In this document: positions 43,536 to 52,642 of the stretch, piece after piece
How the letters are laid out: each line of letters begins with the position of its first letter
Position numbering within the stretch: position 1 is the stretch's first letter
DNA from: Tepidisphaera sp.
GTDB taxonomy: Bacteria > Planctomycetota > Phycisphaerae > Phycisphaerales > UBA1924
Direction: 5' to 3'
Assembly (NCBI GenBank): GCA_050916045.1
Contig: CP051526.1
Location: 3,487,015 to 3,551,014 of the forward strand
Length of the DNA stretch: 64,000 bases
The notes under the pieces: generated by a model
The model's input: only the letters and a program-made list of their open reading frames with translations
Databases searched by the model: none
Told to the model about the DNA's origin: nothing
Made by a program: the position numbers and the translations under genes

Positions 43536-44636
43536 CTACCGGTTGGCCGCCACGATCGCGATGATGCCGCCGACCACGATCAGGCCCGCGATGACGGCGA
43601 GAGCGATCTTGATCGCGCTGTACGGCCGCTCACCGCTGAGCTCGCCGGTGGTCGCGTTGATGATGACTCGGTAGGTCTTGCCCCCGTACCGGTACGCGGT
43701 CAGCCATACCGGGAGCAGGATGTGCTTAAAGGTGATGTCGTCGTAGCGCGACTGCTTCGAATTGATGATCTGACGGTCGCCGCCGATGTCGCGGCGGATG
43801 GTGTCGTCGATGTGCGGCTGGACGCGAACGGTCGCTTCCTGGAAGCCCTGCGGGAGCGTGACGCTGTAGCTTTCCGCCACGAATCCGGAGAGGTACGCGC
43901 CGTCGAAGGGGACGAGTTTATTGAGCGTCCAGGGTTCGAGCGCCTGCACGCGGTCGCGGGGCAGGGAGTGCGAAGCCGCGACGAGCACGTCGTCAAAGCG
44001 GTCGAGGACCGTGCCCGAAGCCGGATACCAGCGCGTCTTGCGAACCTGCCGCGTGCGAGACTGCGGCCGTCCGTTGACCATCACCGTGTAGCTTTCCGTC
44101 ACCCAGTAGTCGATGCCGCGCATCCCGGTGTAGCGGGTGGTGGCTTCCATGTCGTAGGTCCAGTGCGGGAGGTAGACGCCGCGCAGCTTCTCGTCGATGA
44201 AAGCCTGCCGCTTGAGGTCATTTGGGGCGAACCAGAGGGAGTGGAGCCATTTCTCGTAGGCGGCGACGGCGGCGGTCTTGCTGAGGGCGAAGGGGAGCAT
44301 CGCCCGCGGCTGGATCAGCTTGACGGATTTGGCTTGGGCGACGATGGGGCTGCCGCAGAAGGCGCACGCTCCGCTGGTGGCCTGGTTGGCGAGTTGGGAG
44401 TGGGCTCCGCAGGCGTCGCAGGTGACCTCGAGCCGCTCGACGGTCGGGGCTTCGCCGGCGGTGTGCTCGAGGTAAGCGTGATAGTCGAGTTCCTCGATGG
44501 CGGCTTGAACCTCTTCCCGCTCGGCTTGGGGAATGTCGTTCAAAGCTCCGCAGTGCTCGCACTGGAGGGAAGTGGTTCCCGGCGCGAAAGTGAGCTTGGC
44601 GCCGCACGCCGCACATGGAAAGTACCGTTCAGCCAT
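43536..44636 (-). CDS. double zinc-ribbon protein with C-terminal transmembrane anchor, function unknown
   Basis: Track ORF 43536..44681 trimmed to the ATG at 44636 (MAERYFPCAACGAKLTFAPGTTSLQCEHCG). A second ribbon is CDACGAHSQLANQATSGACAFCG. The C-terminal helix is IALAVIAGLIVVGGIIAIVAA. Confidence 0.6.
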   Translation of the reverse strand: MAERYFPCAACGAKLTFAPGTTSLQCEHCGALNDIPQAEREEVQAAIEELDYHAYLEHTAGEAPTVERLEVTCDACGAHSQLANQATSGACAFCGSPIVAQAKSVKLIQPRAMLPFALSKTAAVAAYEKWLHSLWFAPNDLKRQAFIDEKLRGVYLPHWTYDMEATTRYTGMRGIDYWVTESYTVMVNGRPQSRTRQVRKTRWYPASGTVLDRFDDVLVAASHSLPRDRVQALEPWTLNKLVPFDGAYLSGFVAESYSVTLPQGFQEATVRVQPHIDDTIRRDIGGDRQIINSKQSRYDDITFKHILLPVWLTAYRYGGKTYRVIINATTGELSGERPYSAIKIALAVIAGLIVVGGIIAIVAANR

Positions 44637-44710
44637 CGGAAAGGAGGGTACCCCGCCGAGCCAAACTCGTTTCCCTGCCACCGGGGGGGCGGGGATCGGT
44701 AGACTGGGCG

Positions 44711-46825
44711 ATGCTTCTTCCGATGATCCTCTGCGTTCTTTCGACGGTCCAGCCCGAGAAATCCGCGCCCCCGGCGGGCACGCTCCCGCTTCTGCTCCAC
44801 GTCACCCCCGACGGCAACGACGCCAACGCGGGGGACTCGCTGGACCGAGCGCTCAAGACGCCGACCGGGGCCCGCAACCGCATTCGGGCTCTGCGGACGG
44901 AGCGCGGCGGAGCCCTGCCCGCGCCGGTGAAGGTGATCATCCAACCCGGCCGGTACGTGCTCAGCGAACCGTGGGTCCTCGAACCGCAGGATTCCGGGAC
45001 CGAGCAGTATCCGATTGAATACAAAGCCGCCGGCGCGGTGATGCTCAGCGGCGGCACGCCCCTGAGCGCCTGGCGGACCGCAGAACTCAACGGGAAAGCC
45101 GTGTGGGCGGCGGATCTACCCAAGGGGTACGCGGCGGTCGGCGACGGCGCGGAGGGAACGCCCTTCCGCTCGCTTTGGATCGCGGGTGAGCGGCGCACCT
45201 GGGCTCGGTATCCCAACGGCGGCGCATACGCCACGATCGACGGGGTGCCGGAGAAGCCTGCGGGCGATTGGCAGATGGGCCCGAAGTCCTTCGCGTTCGC
45301 GGAAGCGGATGCCGCCGCGTGGGCCGCCGCCGAGGGTGCCGAGGTCGTGACCTTCACCCGGTGGATCGACTCGCACCTGCGGCTTGCTTCGGTCGAGAAA
45401 GACAAGCGGCTCGCACGGTTCGAGCGTCCGAACACGATTGCGCTCGAGAAGGGGGACCTGTACATCATCGAGGGAGCCAAGGGGCTTCTGGATGAACCGG
45501 GCGAGTGGTGGTGTGACGCGAAAGCGGGCGTCGTGTACTACATGCCGCTGCCCGGAGAGGACCCCTCCACCGCCGGCGTGGTGCCGCGTCTGGATCATCT
45601 GGTGCGGCTGGAGGGCAACCCCGAGAAGGGCGAGTTCATCCAGCACGTGACGCTCAAGAACATCGGGTTCGCGTACACGCGGTGGTGGTTCCCCAAGGGA
45701 TTTGCGACCAATTTCGGCTCCAAGGAAGCGGGCGGCCCCGTGGGGTTCGTGCAAGCCGCCAGCGGGGCGCCGGCGACGGTGCGGCTGACCGGCGCTCGGA
45801 ATTTCACGCTCGACGGATGCGTGGTCTTCGGCACCGAGTCCTACGCGATCAGCCTCGGCCGCGGGTGCCAGAACGTGACGCTCAAGCACTGCGACCTCAC
45901 CGACCTTGGCGCGGGAGGGGTCACCATCGGCGAAACCTCGATCCGCACCGCGGAGAACGACAAGACCAAGGGGAACGTGGTCGAGGATTCGATCATCGAG
46001 AACGCCGGCGTGATCCACAGGCAAGCCGTCGGCATCTGGATCGGCCAGAGCCCGGGCAACACGCTTCGGCACAACCGGATCGCCGAGCTTGACTACACCG
46101 GCATCTCCATCGGCTGGACCTGGGGGTACGGCGCGAGCGACGCCGGCGGCAACATCGTCGAGTTCAACGAGGTCGCCCACATCGGCCGCAGGCCCTTCGC
46201 GCCCGGCGGGCCCAAAGCCCAGACCTCGCCCCTGGGCGATCTCGGCGGGATCTACACCCTGGGCACCCAGCACGGCACGATCATCCGCGACAACTACTTC
46301 CACGACATCGCGGGCCGCACGCTCGGCTGGGGCATCTACTTCGACGAAGGGACCACCGGCGTCCTTGCCGAGAACAACGCCGTCCTGCGCACGAGCCACG
46401 GCGGGTTCCACCAGCATTACGGCAAGGACAACATCGTGCGCCAGAATCTGTTCCTCCTCGGCAAGAACGCCGCACTCTGGCGCACGCGCCGCGAAGATCA
46501 CAACTCCTTCACCTTCAGCCGCAACGTGGTGGTCGGCGACAGCGAGCCCTTCCTGAACGGCAACTGGGACGGCGGGCTGGTGCTCGAGTCCAACTGCTAC
46601 TGGCGGCGGGACGGCAAGCCGATGCGGTTCCCGGGCGACCGGGACCTCGCCGCGTGGCAGGCGGCCGGGATGGACAAGGCGTCAGTGGTCGCGGACCCGA
46701 ACTTCACATCCCTTGAAGAGGGCGATTTCTTTCCGGGGGAGATCTCAGGACTGGACGCGATTGGTTTTGATCCGGTGAGTGTTCGGCGGGTAGGCCCGCG
46801 CTCAGTGCCCAAGAAGACCCCGTAA
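44711..46825 (+). CDS. secreted right-handed parallel beta-helix repeat protein (pectate-lyase fold, probably polysaccharide-active)
   Basis: In-frame ATG at 44711 (MLLPMILCVLSTVQPEK). The N-terminal LHVTPDGNDANAGDSLDRALKT and repeated turns such as GNVVEDSIIENAG and NTLRHNRIAELDYTGISIGW are typical of this fold. The specific activity is unknown. Confidence 0.55.
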   Translation: MLLPMILCVLSTVQPEKSAPPAGTLPLLLHVTPDGNDANAGDSLDRALKTPTGARNRIRALRTERGGALPAPVKVIIQPGRYVLSEPWVLEPQDSGTEQYPIEYKAAGAVMLSGGTPLSAWRTAELNGKAVWAADLPKGYAAVGDGAEGTPFRSLWIAGERRTWARYPNGGAYATIDGVPEKPAGDWQMGPKSFAFAEADAAAWAAAEGAEVVTFTRWIDSHLRLASVEKDKRLARFERPNTIALEKGDLYIIEGAKGLLDEPGEWWCDAKAGVVYYMPLPGEDPSTAGVVPRLDHLVRLEGNPEKGEFIQHVTLKNIGFAYTRWWFPKGFATNFGSKEAGGPVGFVQAASGAPATVRLTGARNFTLDGCVVFGTESYAISLGRGCQNVTLKHCDLTDLGAGGVTIGETSIRTAENDKTKGNVVEDSIIENAGVIHRQAVGIWIGQSPGNTLRHNRIAELDYTGISIGWTWGYGASDAGGNIVEFNEVAHIGRRPFAPGGPKAQTSPLGDLGGIYTLGTQHGTIIRDNYFHDIAGRTLGWGIYFDEGTTGVLAENNAVLRTSHGGFHQHYGKDNIVRQNLFLLGKNAALWRTRREDHNSFTFSRNVVVGDSEPFLNGNWDGGLVLESNCYWRRDGKPMRFPGDRDLAAWQAAGMDKASVVADPNFTSLEEGDFFPGEISGLDAIGFDPVSVRRVGPRSVPKKTP

Positions 46826-46877
46826 AGGCCCATAAACCGCCGCGCGTGCCCCTTGGCTTTGGTACACTCAAACCGTC

Positions 46878-47222
46878 ATGTCCACCAACTGGTCCGACGA
46901 CATCATCATTGCCGAACTGACCGACGAGCCTTCTTTGTCGGAGGAATTGGCTGGCGTGATCGAGGGCGTCCGGCAGGGTGAAGGCGGCAAAGCCCGGCAC
47001 GTGGTGCTGAATTTCGGCGGGGTCAGCTACGTGAACTCGTCGAATCTCTCTCAGTTGCTGCGGCTGAAGAAGACGGTTGCCGAAGCGGGCCGGTCGCTGA
47101 AGCTTTGCTCGGTGACGGAAGAGGTGTGGTCGGTCTTCAAGACGACGGGGCTGGACAAGGTGTTCCGCTTCGCGCCCGACCCGCTGACCGCGCTGGCGAG
47201 CTTGCAGCTCGAGCAGAACTGA
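46878..47222 (+). CDS. STAS-domain protein (anti-sigma-factor antagonist-like)
   Basis: 114 aa. The VVLNFGGVSYVNSSNLSQLLRL and LKLCSVTEEVWSVFKTTGLDKVF pattern is typical of SpoIIAA/STAS proteins. Confidence 0.75.
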   Translation: MSTNWSDDIIIAELTDEPSLSEELAGVIEGVRQGEGGKARHVVLNFGGVSYVNSSNLSQLLRLKKTVAEAGRSLKLCSVTEEVWSVFKTTGLDKVFRFAPDPLTALASLQLEQN

Positions 47223-47297
47223 TCAGCATCCCACCGGTTTGAGCGTTCGAGAAAGCCGTGTCGCATCCGCACGGCGCGGGTCCGGTAGGATCATCGC

Positions 47298-48077
47298 GTG
47301 ACGACCGCCGCCGAAGACATTCCCTCCGCCGCAACGCCGCAGAAGGCGAGGATGGCCCGCCGCGACCCGGACACGAGCGTTCCGCCGGTGGTGGAGATCC
47401 GCGGCTTGCGGAAGGTGTACTACAAGCCGGACGGTTCGATCATGGCCGAGGCGCTGCGGGGCGTGGACGTGGTGGTCCATCGGGGCGATTACGTCGCGAT
47501 CATGGGGCCCAGCGGCTCGGGCAAGTCGACGCTTTTGACGCTTCTGGGCTGCCTGGATCGCCCGACGGACGGGACGTTTCTGCTCGGCGGCCGCGATGTG
47601 CGGACGATGGGCGATGAGGAACTCTCGCGGTTTCGCGGGAAGACGGTTGGGTTCGTCTTTCAGTCGTTCAATCTGATCATGCAGCACACTGTGCTCGAGA
47701 ACGTGGGCGTGCCGCTTTTCTATCAGGGTGTGCCTCCGAAGGAACGGAACGCCCGTGCGGAAAAGACGCTTGCGCTGGTGGGTCTTGAGGACCGGATGGA
47801 CCACCGTCCGATGCAGCTTTCGGGCGGACAGCAGCAGCGCGTGGCGGTGGCGAGGGCTCTTGTGACGGACCCACTGATTCTGCTCGCGGACGAACCGACG
47901 GGCAACCTGGACACCAAGACGGGCCAGCAGATCCTGGCACTCTTTGACGACCTGCACGAGAAGGGCGTGACGATCATCCTGGTGACGCACGACCCGGGCG
48001 TGGCGGACCGGTGTCGGCGGGTGATCCGCCTGCGTGACGGGCTGGTTGAGAGCGATCTGGTGAACACCCCGGCTTAG
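47298..48077 (+). CDS. ABC transporter ATP-binding protein (MacB/LolD-like subfamily)
   Basis: GTG start. Motifs are Walker [12 protein letters not shown], signature [15 protein letters not shown], and Walker [13 protein letters not shown]. No permease gene is adjacent. Confidence 0.85.
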   Translation: MTTAAEDIPSAATPQKARMARRDPDTSVPPVVEIRGLRKVYYKPDGSIMAEALRGVDVVVHRGDYVAIMGPSGSGKSTLLTLLGCLDRPTDGTFLLGGRDVRTMGDEELSRFRGKTVGFVFQSFNLIMQHTVLENVGVPLFYQGVPPKERNARAEKTLALVGLEDRMDHRPMQLSGGQQQRVAVARALVTDPLILLADEPTGNLDTKTGQQILALFDDLHEKGVTIILVTHDPGVADRCRRVIRLRDGLVESDLVNTPA

Positions 48078-48135
48078 GTTCGGTTGCGGCTCGTGAGAGC
48101 CGGTCGCTGACGCTCGCGGCTCGTTACGATCGTTC

Positions 48136-48780
48136 ATGGAATTCAATCCCGAAGCGATGACGCAGGCGGACCGGTACAAGCTGATGATCGGGTCGATCGT
48201 GCCGCGGCCGATCGCTTGGGTGTCGACGGTGTCCCCCGATGGGAAGGACAATCTCGCGCCCTTCTCGTTCTTCTGCGGCGTGGGGAGCGATCCGATGACG
48301 CTCCTCTTCTGCCCCGCGAACAAGCCCGACGGAACTGAGAAGGACTCGCTCCTGAACGCCAAGCCCGCCGACGAGGGAGGCACGGGCGAATTCGTCGTGA
48401 ACATCGTGAGCGATGCGCTCGGGCAGGCTATGGCGTGGTGCGCGACGATCCTGCCGCACGGCGAAAGTGAGTTCGACATGCCCGAGGTCAGATCGCTGGG
48501 CATCACGCGAGCGCCGTCGCGGATGGTCAAGCCTCCGCGCGTGGCCCAAAGCCCGGTGAGCTTTGAATGCCGCACGATGCAGGTCATCAGGACCAATCCT
48601 GGGGTCGCTTCGGGTGGGAACATCGTGCTCGGCCGCGTCGTGCACATCCACGCCGCGGACGGCCTGGTCAACGAGCGGCACCATGTCGACCCGGTCAAGC
48701 TGGACGCGGTGGGGCGAATGGGCGGCCTTTCGTACTGCCGGACGCGGGATCGGTTCGATCTTCCGATGGGACGCGGCTGA
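48136..48780 (+). CDS. flavin reductase-like (FMN-binding split barrel) protein
   Basis: 214 aa. The N-terminal YKLMIGSIVPRPIAWVSTVSPDGKDNLAPFSFF is typical of the flavin reductase domain. Confidence 0.8.
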   Translation: MEFNPEAMTQADRYKLMIGSIVPRPIAWVSTVSPDGKDNLAPFSFFCGVGSDPMTLLFCPANKPDGTEKDSLLNAKPADEGGTGEFVVNIVSDALGQAMAWCATILPHGESEFDMPEVRSLGITRAPSRMVKPPRVAQSPVSFECRTMQVIRTNPGVASGGNIVLGRVVHIHAADGLVNERHHVDPVKLDAVGRMGGLSYCRTRDRFDLPMGRG

Positions 48781-48825
48781 AGCGGCCGAGCGGTTGCGTG
48801 AGCGCCGCGGGCTACCCTCAGATCT

Positions 48826-50124
48826 ATGAAATTCGACCTCGCCGCCCGCCGCGAACGCATCGCCAAAGCTCTTGACCTCAAGGATGAAGTCCTGCTCATC
48901 GGAGCCGGCGAACCCGTCGGCATGCCGGGCGGCCAAGACCAGACCTACCCCTTCGTCTCGCACGCGGAGTACTTCTACCTGACGGACGCGGAATGCGAGG
49001 GTGGCGTCGTCGCCTTTGACCCCAAGGACGGGTACAGGTCCGGATGGACGGACTTCGTCCCGGTCGTGACGCAAAGCCAGAGGGTCTGGGAAGGCCGCGA
49101 CCAGGTGCCGGGCACGCCGCTCCCCGAGCTCGCCGCGTGGATGGCGGCGCGGCGCGGGCGGCCGGTGGTCATGCTCGGAACACCGCTCGCGGGAATCAAG
49201 CACGACGCACGGCGGTCGGAGGAGGTCCGCGAGGTCTTCACGCACGCGCGGCGCCCCAAGGAAGCGGCGGAGATCGCCCGCATGAAGCAGGCCGTGGCCG
49301 CGACCGCTCCGGCGTACGCGCGGGTGCGGGCGCTGCTCGCGGAAGCCGCATCGGGCGCGTGCATCTCCGAGCGTCTGCTCAAGGCCGAGATCGAGTGCGC
49401 TTTCGGCCGCCACCACGGCGACGGCCCCGCGTACGGGACGATCGTGGGCGTTGCGAGCAACGGAGCGGTGCTCCACTTTGACCCCACCGAGCGGGCCGCG
49501 AAGCCGGGCGACCTGGTGCTGATCGATGCGGGTTCGCTCGTGAACCGGTACGCGTCGGACGTGACGCGGACCTTCGCGTGCGGGCCGGTGGATACGGCTC
49601 GCAAGGAGCTGCACGCGCTCGTACACCGCGCGTTCGAGCGGGCGATTGCTCGCTGCGTGATCGGAGCGGAGTGGATCGATGTGCACGTGGGCGCGGCGGT
49701 CGACATGGCCGAGGGGCTGGTGCAGATGGGCGTGCTGAAGGGGTCGGCGACCTCGGCGGTTGAGAGCGGGGCGATGGGCCTGTTCTATCCGCACGGTTTG
49801 GGCCACCTGATCGGGCTTGGTGTGCGCGATGCGAGCGGGCGGATGCCGGGGCGCGTGCCGAGCAAGCGGGCGGGCGTGATCACGATCCGCTGCGATTTCC
49901 CGCTCGCGGCGGGGTACACGATCACGGTCGAGCCGGGGTGCTACTTCATCGCGCCGCTTCTGAACGACCCTGAGAACCGCTCCAAGCACAAGGACTCTGT
50001 GAACTGGGGGATGGTCGACACGCTGCTTGCAAGCGGGATCGGCGGCGTGCGGATCGAGGACAACATCCACATCACGGAGAAGGGCCCGGAGAATCTGACC
50101 GGGGCGATTCCGACGGGGATGTGA
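48826..50124 (+). CDS. M24-family metallopeptidase (Xaa-Pro aminopeptidase-like)
   Basis: 432 aa. Metal-ligand segments are LIDAGSLVNRYASDVTRTF, HGLGHLIGLGVRD, VEPGCYF and GGVRIEDNIHIT. Confidence 0.8.
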   Translation: MKFDLAARRERIAKALDLKDEVLLIGAGEPVGMPGGQDQTYPFVSHAEYFYLTDAECEGGVVAFDPKDGYRSGWTDFVPVVTQSQRVWEGRDQVPGTPLPELAAWMAARRGRPVVMLGTPLAGIKHDARRSEEVREVFTHARRPKEAAEIARMKQAVAATAPAYARVRALLAEAASGACISERLLKAEIECAFGRHHGDGPAYGTIVGVASNGAVLHFDPTERAAKPGDLVLIDAGSLVNRYASDVTRTFACGPVDTARKELHALVHRAFERAIARCVIGAEWIDVHVGAAVDMAEGLVQMGVLKGSATSAVESGAMGLFYPHGLGHLIGLGVRDASGRMPGRVPSKRAGVITIRCDFPLAAGYTITVEPGCYFIAPLLNDPENRSKHKDSVNWGMVDTLLASGIGGVRIEDNIHITEKGPENLTGAIPTGM

Positions 50125-51300
50125 TCACTCCCCAAACAGCGCCGGCAGCTTGACGACGCGCGAACCCTTCGAGTCCGCGACGGCCATGCTGCCGCCGGGG
50201 TGGAGGCAGGCGCCGCCCCAGGCGCCATCCTTGCGGAGGGCGTAAAAGCTGGCGTTGAAGTTCGGCCGGCCCTTGGCGTCGCGGAGCCGCTTTTCCTTGG
50301 TGTGGTCGGCGACCTTTTTCGCCGTCGCGAGGGCGGCTTCGGCGGGCGAGAGGCCGCGTTCCATCATCATGACGATGGTGTGGGCGGCGAGGTTGGCGAT
50401 GCACGCTTCGCCGCGGCCGGTGCAGCCGCCGGCGCCGACATCGTTGTCGCAGTAGTTGCCCGCGCCGACGATCGGCGAGTCGCCGACGCGGCCGGGGATC
50501 TTCCACGAGAGGCCGCTGGTGCTGGTACAGCTGGCGATGTCCTTCTTCTCGGTGACGATCGAGCAGTGCACGGTGCCGTAGGTGAACGAGGGGTCCCAGT
50601 TGAGCGCGAGCTGGCCGGGCTGGTCGAAGGGCTTGCCCACGAGCGCGTCGCGCTCGTCGTCGTTGAGCCAGTCGTCCTCCTTGCTCATGTTCTCGCGCCA
50701 GTGCTGCCAGGCTTGGCGAGATTTCTCGGTGAGGAGGTTCTCTTCGGGGAAGCCCATCTGCTTGGCGAACTTGAGCGCCCCCTCGCCGACGAGCAGACAG
50801 TGGTCCGTGCGGCGGAGGACGAGCAGGGCGACCTGGGCGGGGTTCTTGATGTTGCGGATGCTCGCGACCGCACCGGATTTGTGCGTGGGGCCGTACATCA
50901 CGGAAGCGTCGAGCTCGACGATGCCGTCGGCGTTGGGCTGGCCGCCGTAGCCGACCGAGTCATCTTCCGGGTCATCCTCGATGATCTTGACACCCTGCAC
51001 GATGCAGTCGGCGGGGTCGATGCCCTGGGCGAGAAGCTCGCGGGCCCGCACCGCCGCTCGAAGACCGTTTCCGGAAGAGATGCAGCAGACGCCGCGATGA
51101 TCGGTGCCCATCGGCTCGCCGGCAACGCCGGGCTGGCCGCGCCAGGGTTCGCCGGTGGGCGGCGTGGCGGGCTGATTGGCGGGCTGGGCCGGCTGGGCGA
51201 TCGCGTTTGTGGCGACGGCACCGGCGGCAAAGGAAGCACCGGCGGCGAGGAATGAGCGGCGAGAAGGCTGGGCGGTGGGACGGGATGGGGGTCGGGTCAT
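50125..51300 (-). CDS. glycosylasparaginase / isoaspartyl peptidase-L-asparaginase family Ntn hydrolase with Tat-like signal
   Basis: 391 aa. The twin-arginine N-terminus is SRRSFLAAGASFAAGAVA. The family segment is VGDSPIVGAGNYCDNDVGAGGCTGRGEACI. Its stop abuts the stop of the convergent peptidase gene. Confidence 0.75.
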   Translation of the reverse strand: MTRPPSRPTAQPSRRSFLAAGASFAAGAVATNAIAQPAQPANQPATPPTGEPWRGQPGVAGEPMGTDHRGVCCISSGNGLRAAVRARELLAQGIDPADCIVQGVKIIEDDPEDDSVGYGGQPNADGIVELDASVMYGPTHKSGAVASIRNIKNPAQVALLVLRRTDHCLLVGEGALKFAKQMGFPEENLLTEKSRQAWQHWRENMSKEDDWLNDDERDALVGKPFDQPGQLALNWDPSFTYGTVHCSIVTEKKDIASCTSTSGLSWKIPGRVGDSPIVGAGNYCDNDVGAGGCTGRGEACIANLAAHTIVMMMERGLSPAEAALATAKKVADHTKEKRLRDAKGRPNFNASFYALRKDGAWGGACLHPGGSMAVADSKGSRVVKLPALFGE

Positions 51301-51324
51301 GGCCCGAGCATACCAGAAGCGGGC

Positions 51325-51990
51325 TCAGGCGGCGGAGGCTTTGAGCGAAGCGGATTTGACGTAAACGACGTGGGGGACCCACTCGCCGTGAAGTTTGACG
51401 GTGGTCGCGGCTTTGGGGTCCACGTGCATGCCGACGCGTTCGGCCAAGCGGCGGCTTGGGGCGTTGTCGGGGTGCAGCATGGCGACGACGCGGAGGAGGC
51501 CCAGACCCGAGCCGCCGGTGAACCGGTCGCCGGTGGCGTATTCGAGCAGGCCGCGGACGCCCTCGGTGCCCAGGCCCATCCCGGCGAGGTTGGAGCGGAT
51601 CCACCAGGACGCTTCGCCGCGGAACTCAAGCCCGCGGTCGATGTCGTTGAGGTTGAAGCAGCCGACGAACTTGCCATCTTCGAAGAACGCCGCCAAGCGG
51701 CAGGAGCGGCCGGTGGCGGAGCCGCGGCGTGTGAGTTCCATCTGACGCTCGAAGACCGCGCCGTCGGAGTCGCCGGGTTGCCAGAGGTCGAAGTAGGGCT
51801 CGAGCTCGGCTCGGCTTTCGCGGATCGCGGCGAGGAACTGGTCGCGGTCGTCGTCCGTGAGCGGGCGGAGGACCAGCCTGGGAGTTTTGAGCCGGTCGGG
51901 CCCCAGGATCTCGATGGCCCGCTTGGGAGCCATGCGGGCCAGCTTCTCACGAACGGACATCATGCGCGGGTTGGTTGGACGCTCTTCCAT
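51325..51990 (-). CDS. GNAT family N-acetyltransferase (RimJ/RimL-like)
   Basis: Track ORF 51325..52215 trimmed to the ATG at 51990 (MEERPTNPRMMSVREK...). It has LVLRPLTDDDRDQFLAAI and a GNAT core (GCFNLNDID...GMGLGTEGVRGLLEYA...NAPSRRLAERVGM). The start is uncertain. Confidence 0.7.
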   Translation of the reverse strand: MEERPTNPRMMSVREKLARMAPKRAIEILGPDRLKTPRLVLRPLTDDDRDQFLAAIRESRAELEPYFDLWQPGDSDGAVFERQMELTRRGSATGRSCRLAAFFEDGKFVGCFNLNDIDRGLEFRGEASWWIRSNLAGMGLGTEGVRGLLEYATGDRFTGGSGLGLLRVVAMLHPDNAPSRRLAERVGMHVDPKAATTVKLHGEWVPHVVYVKSASLKASAA

Positions 51991-52124
51991 GCGAGTACCT
52001 CGGTGCGGGTATCGGGCAGGCGAGGCGCGGAGCAAGAGCGGATGGTTATCGCCCGGGCCGAGAACGCGCCGGAGGCGAAGCAGCGGCGGAGCGGAGCGTT
52101 CTTGCCGCATCTTCTCGGACGCGG

Positions 52125-52601
52125 TCAGGGGGGTGAGGATCCGACGACGTCGGGAATGAACGGGCTGGTCCAGCGTTCCTTGGGGGCTCGCTGAGCGTTT
52201 TTCACGAGCGTCCACGCGTTCGCAAGGTCGGAGCGGTCGCCGGGCCAGTCGGGAGCGATCTGTCCGTCGGGCGAGAAGATCATGGCTTGGACGCCATTTT
52301 CATCCGCTTCCAGTGCGCACCAGAGCTCGTAATCCAGACCGTCCTGAGTCGCGCGGTAGAACCAGCGGAAAGCGGGCTCGGGGAAGAGCGCGGTGCTGAG
52401 CTTGTCCGGATAGCGACCTTGGCGGGCTCGCTCGCTTTCCAACGTCACCAGCGTGAGCTGTTTCGCGTCGAGTTGGCGGCTGAAGATCTGCTCGCTGCGG
52501 ACGTAGTCTCGGTCCTGGGCGACGAACCACGCGACGATGAGCCAACCGAGCGCGAGAAGGAGGAATGGCGCGGCGATGATCGCGACAGTGGCTCGGCGCA
52601 T
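52125..52601 (-). CDS. membrane-anchored hypothetical protein
   Basis: Track ORF 52125..52646 trimmed to the ATG at 52601 (MRRATVAIIAAPFLLLALGWLIVAWFVA). No recognisable motifs. It lies directly downstream of glmS. Confidence 0.5.
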   Translation of the reverse strand: MRRATVAIIAAPFLLLALGWLIVAWFVAQDRDYVRSEQIFSRQLDAKQLTLVTLESERARQGRYPDKLSTALFPEPAFRWFYRATQDGLDYELWCALEADENGVQAMIFSPDGQIAPDWPGDRSDLANAWTLVKNAQRAPKERWTSPFIPDVVGSSPP

Positions 52602-52642
52602 GCTTGCGAGTTCCCTTGCTGGCGCGGCGGGCTCGTGGCGGA

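Noticed and set aside
50122-50127. Convergent peptidase and asparaginase genes with abutting stop codons (tga/tca) and no intergenic terminator.
   Set aside because: This is real but probably just compact gene packing. No hairpin or other signal is present to interpret, so it has little biological interest on its own.
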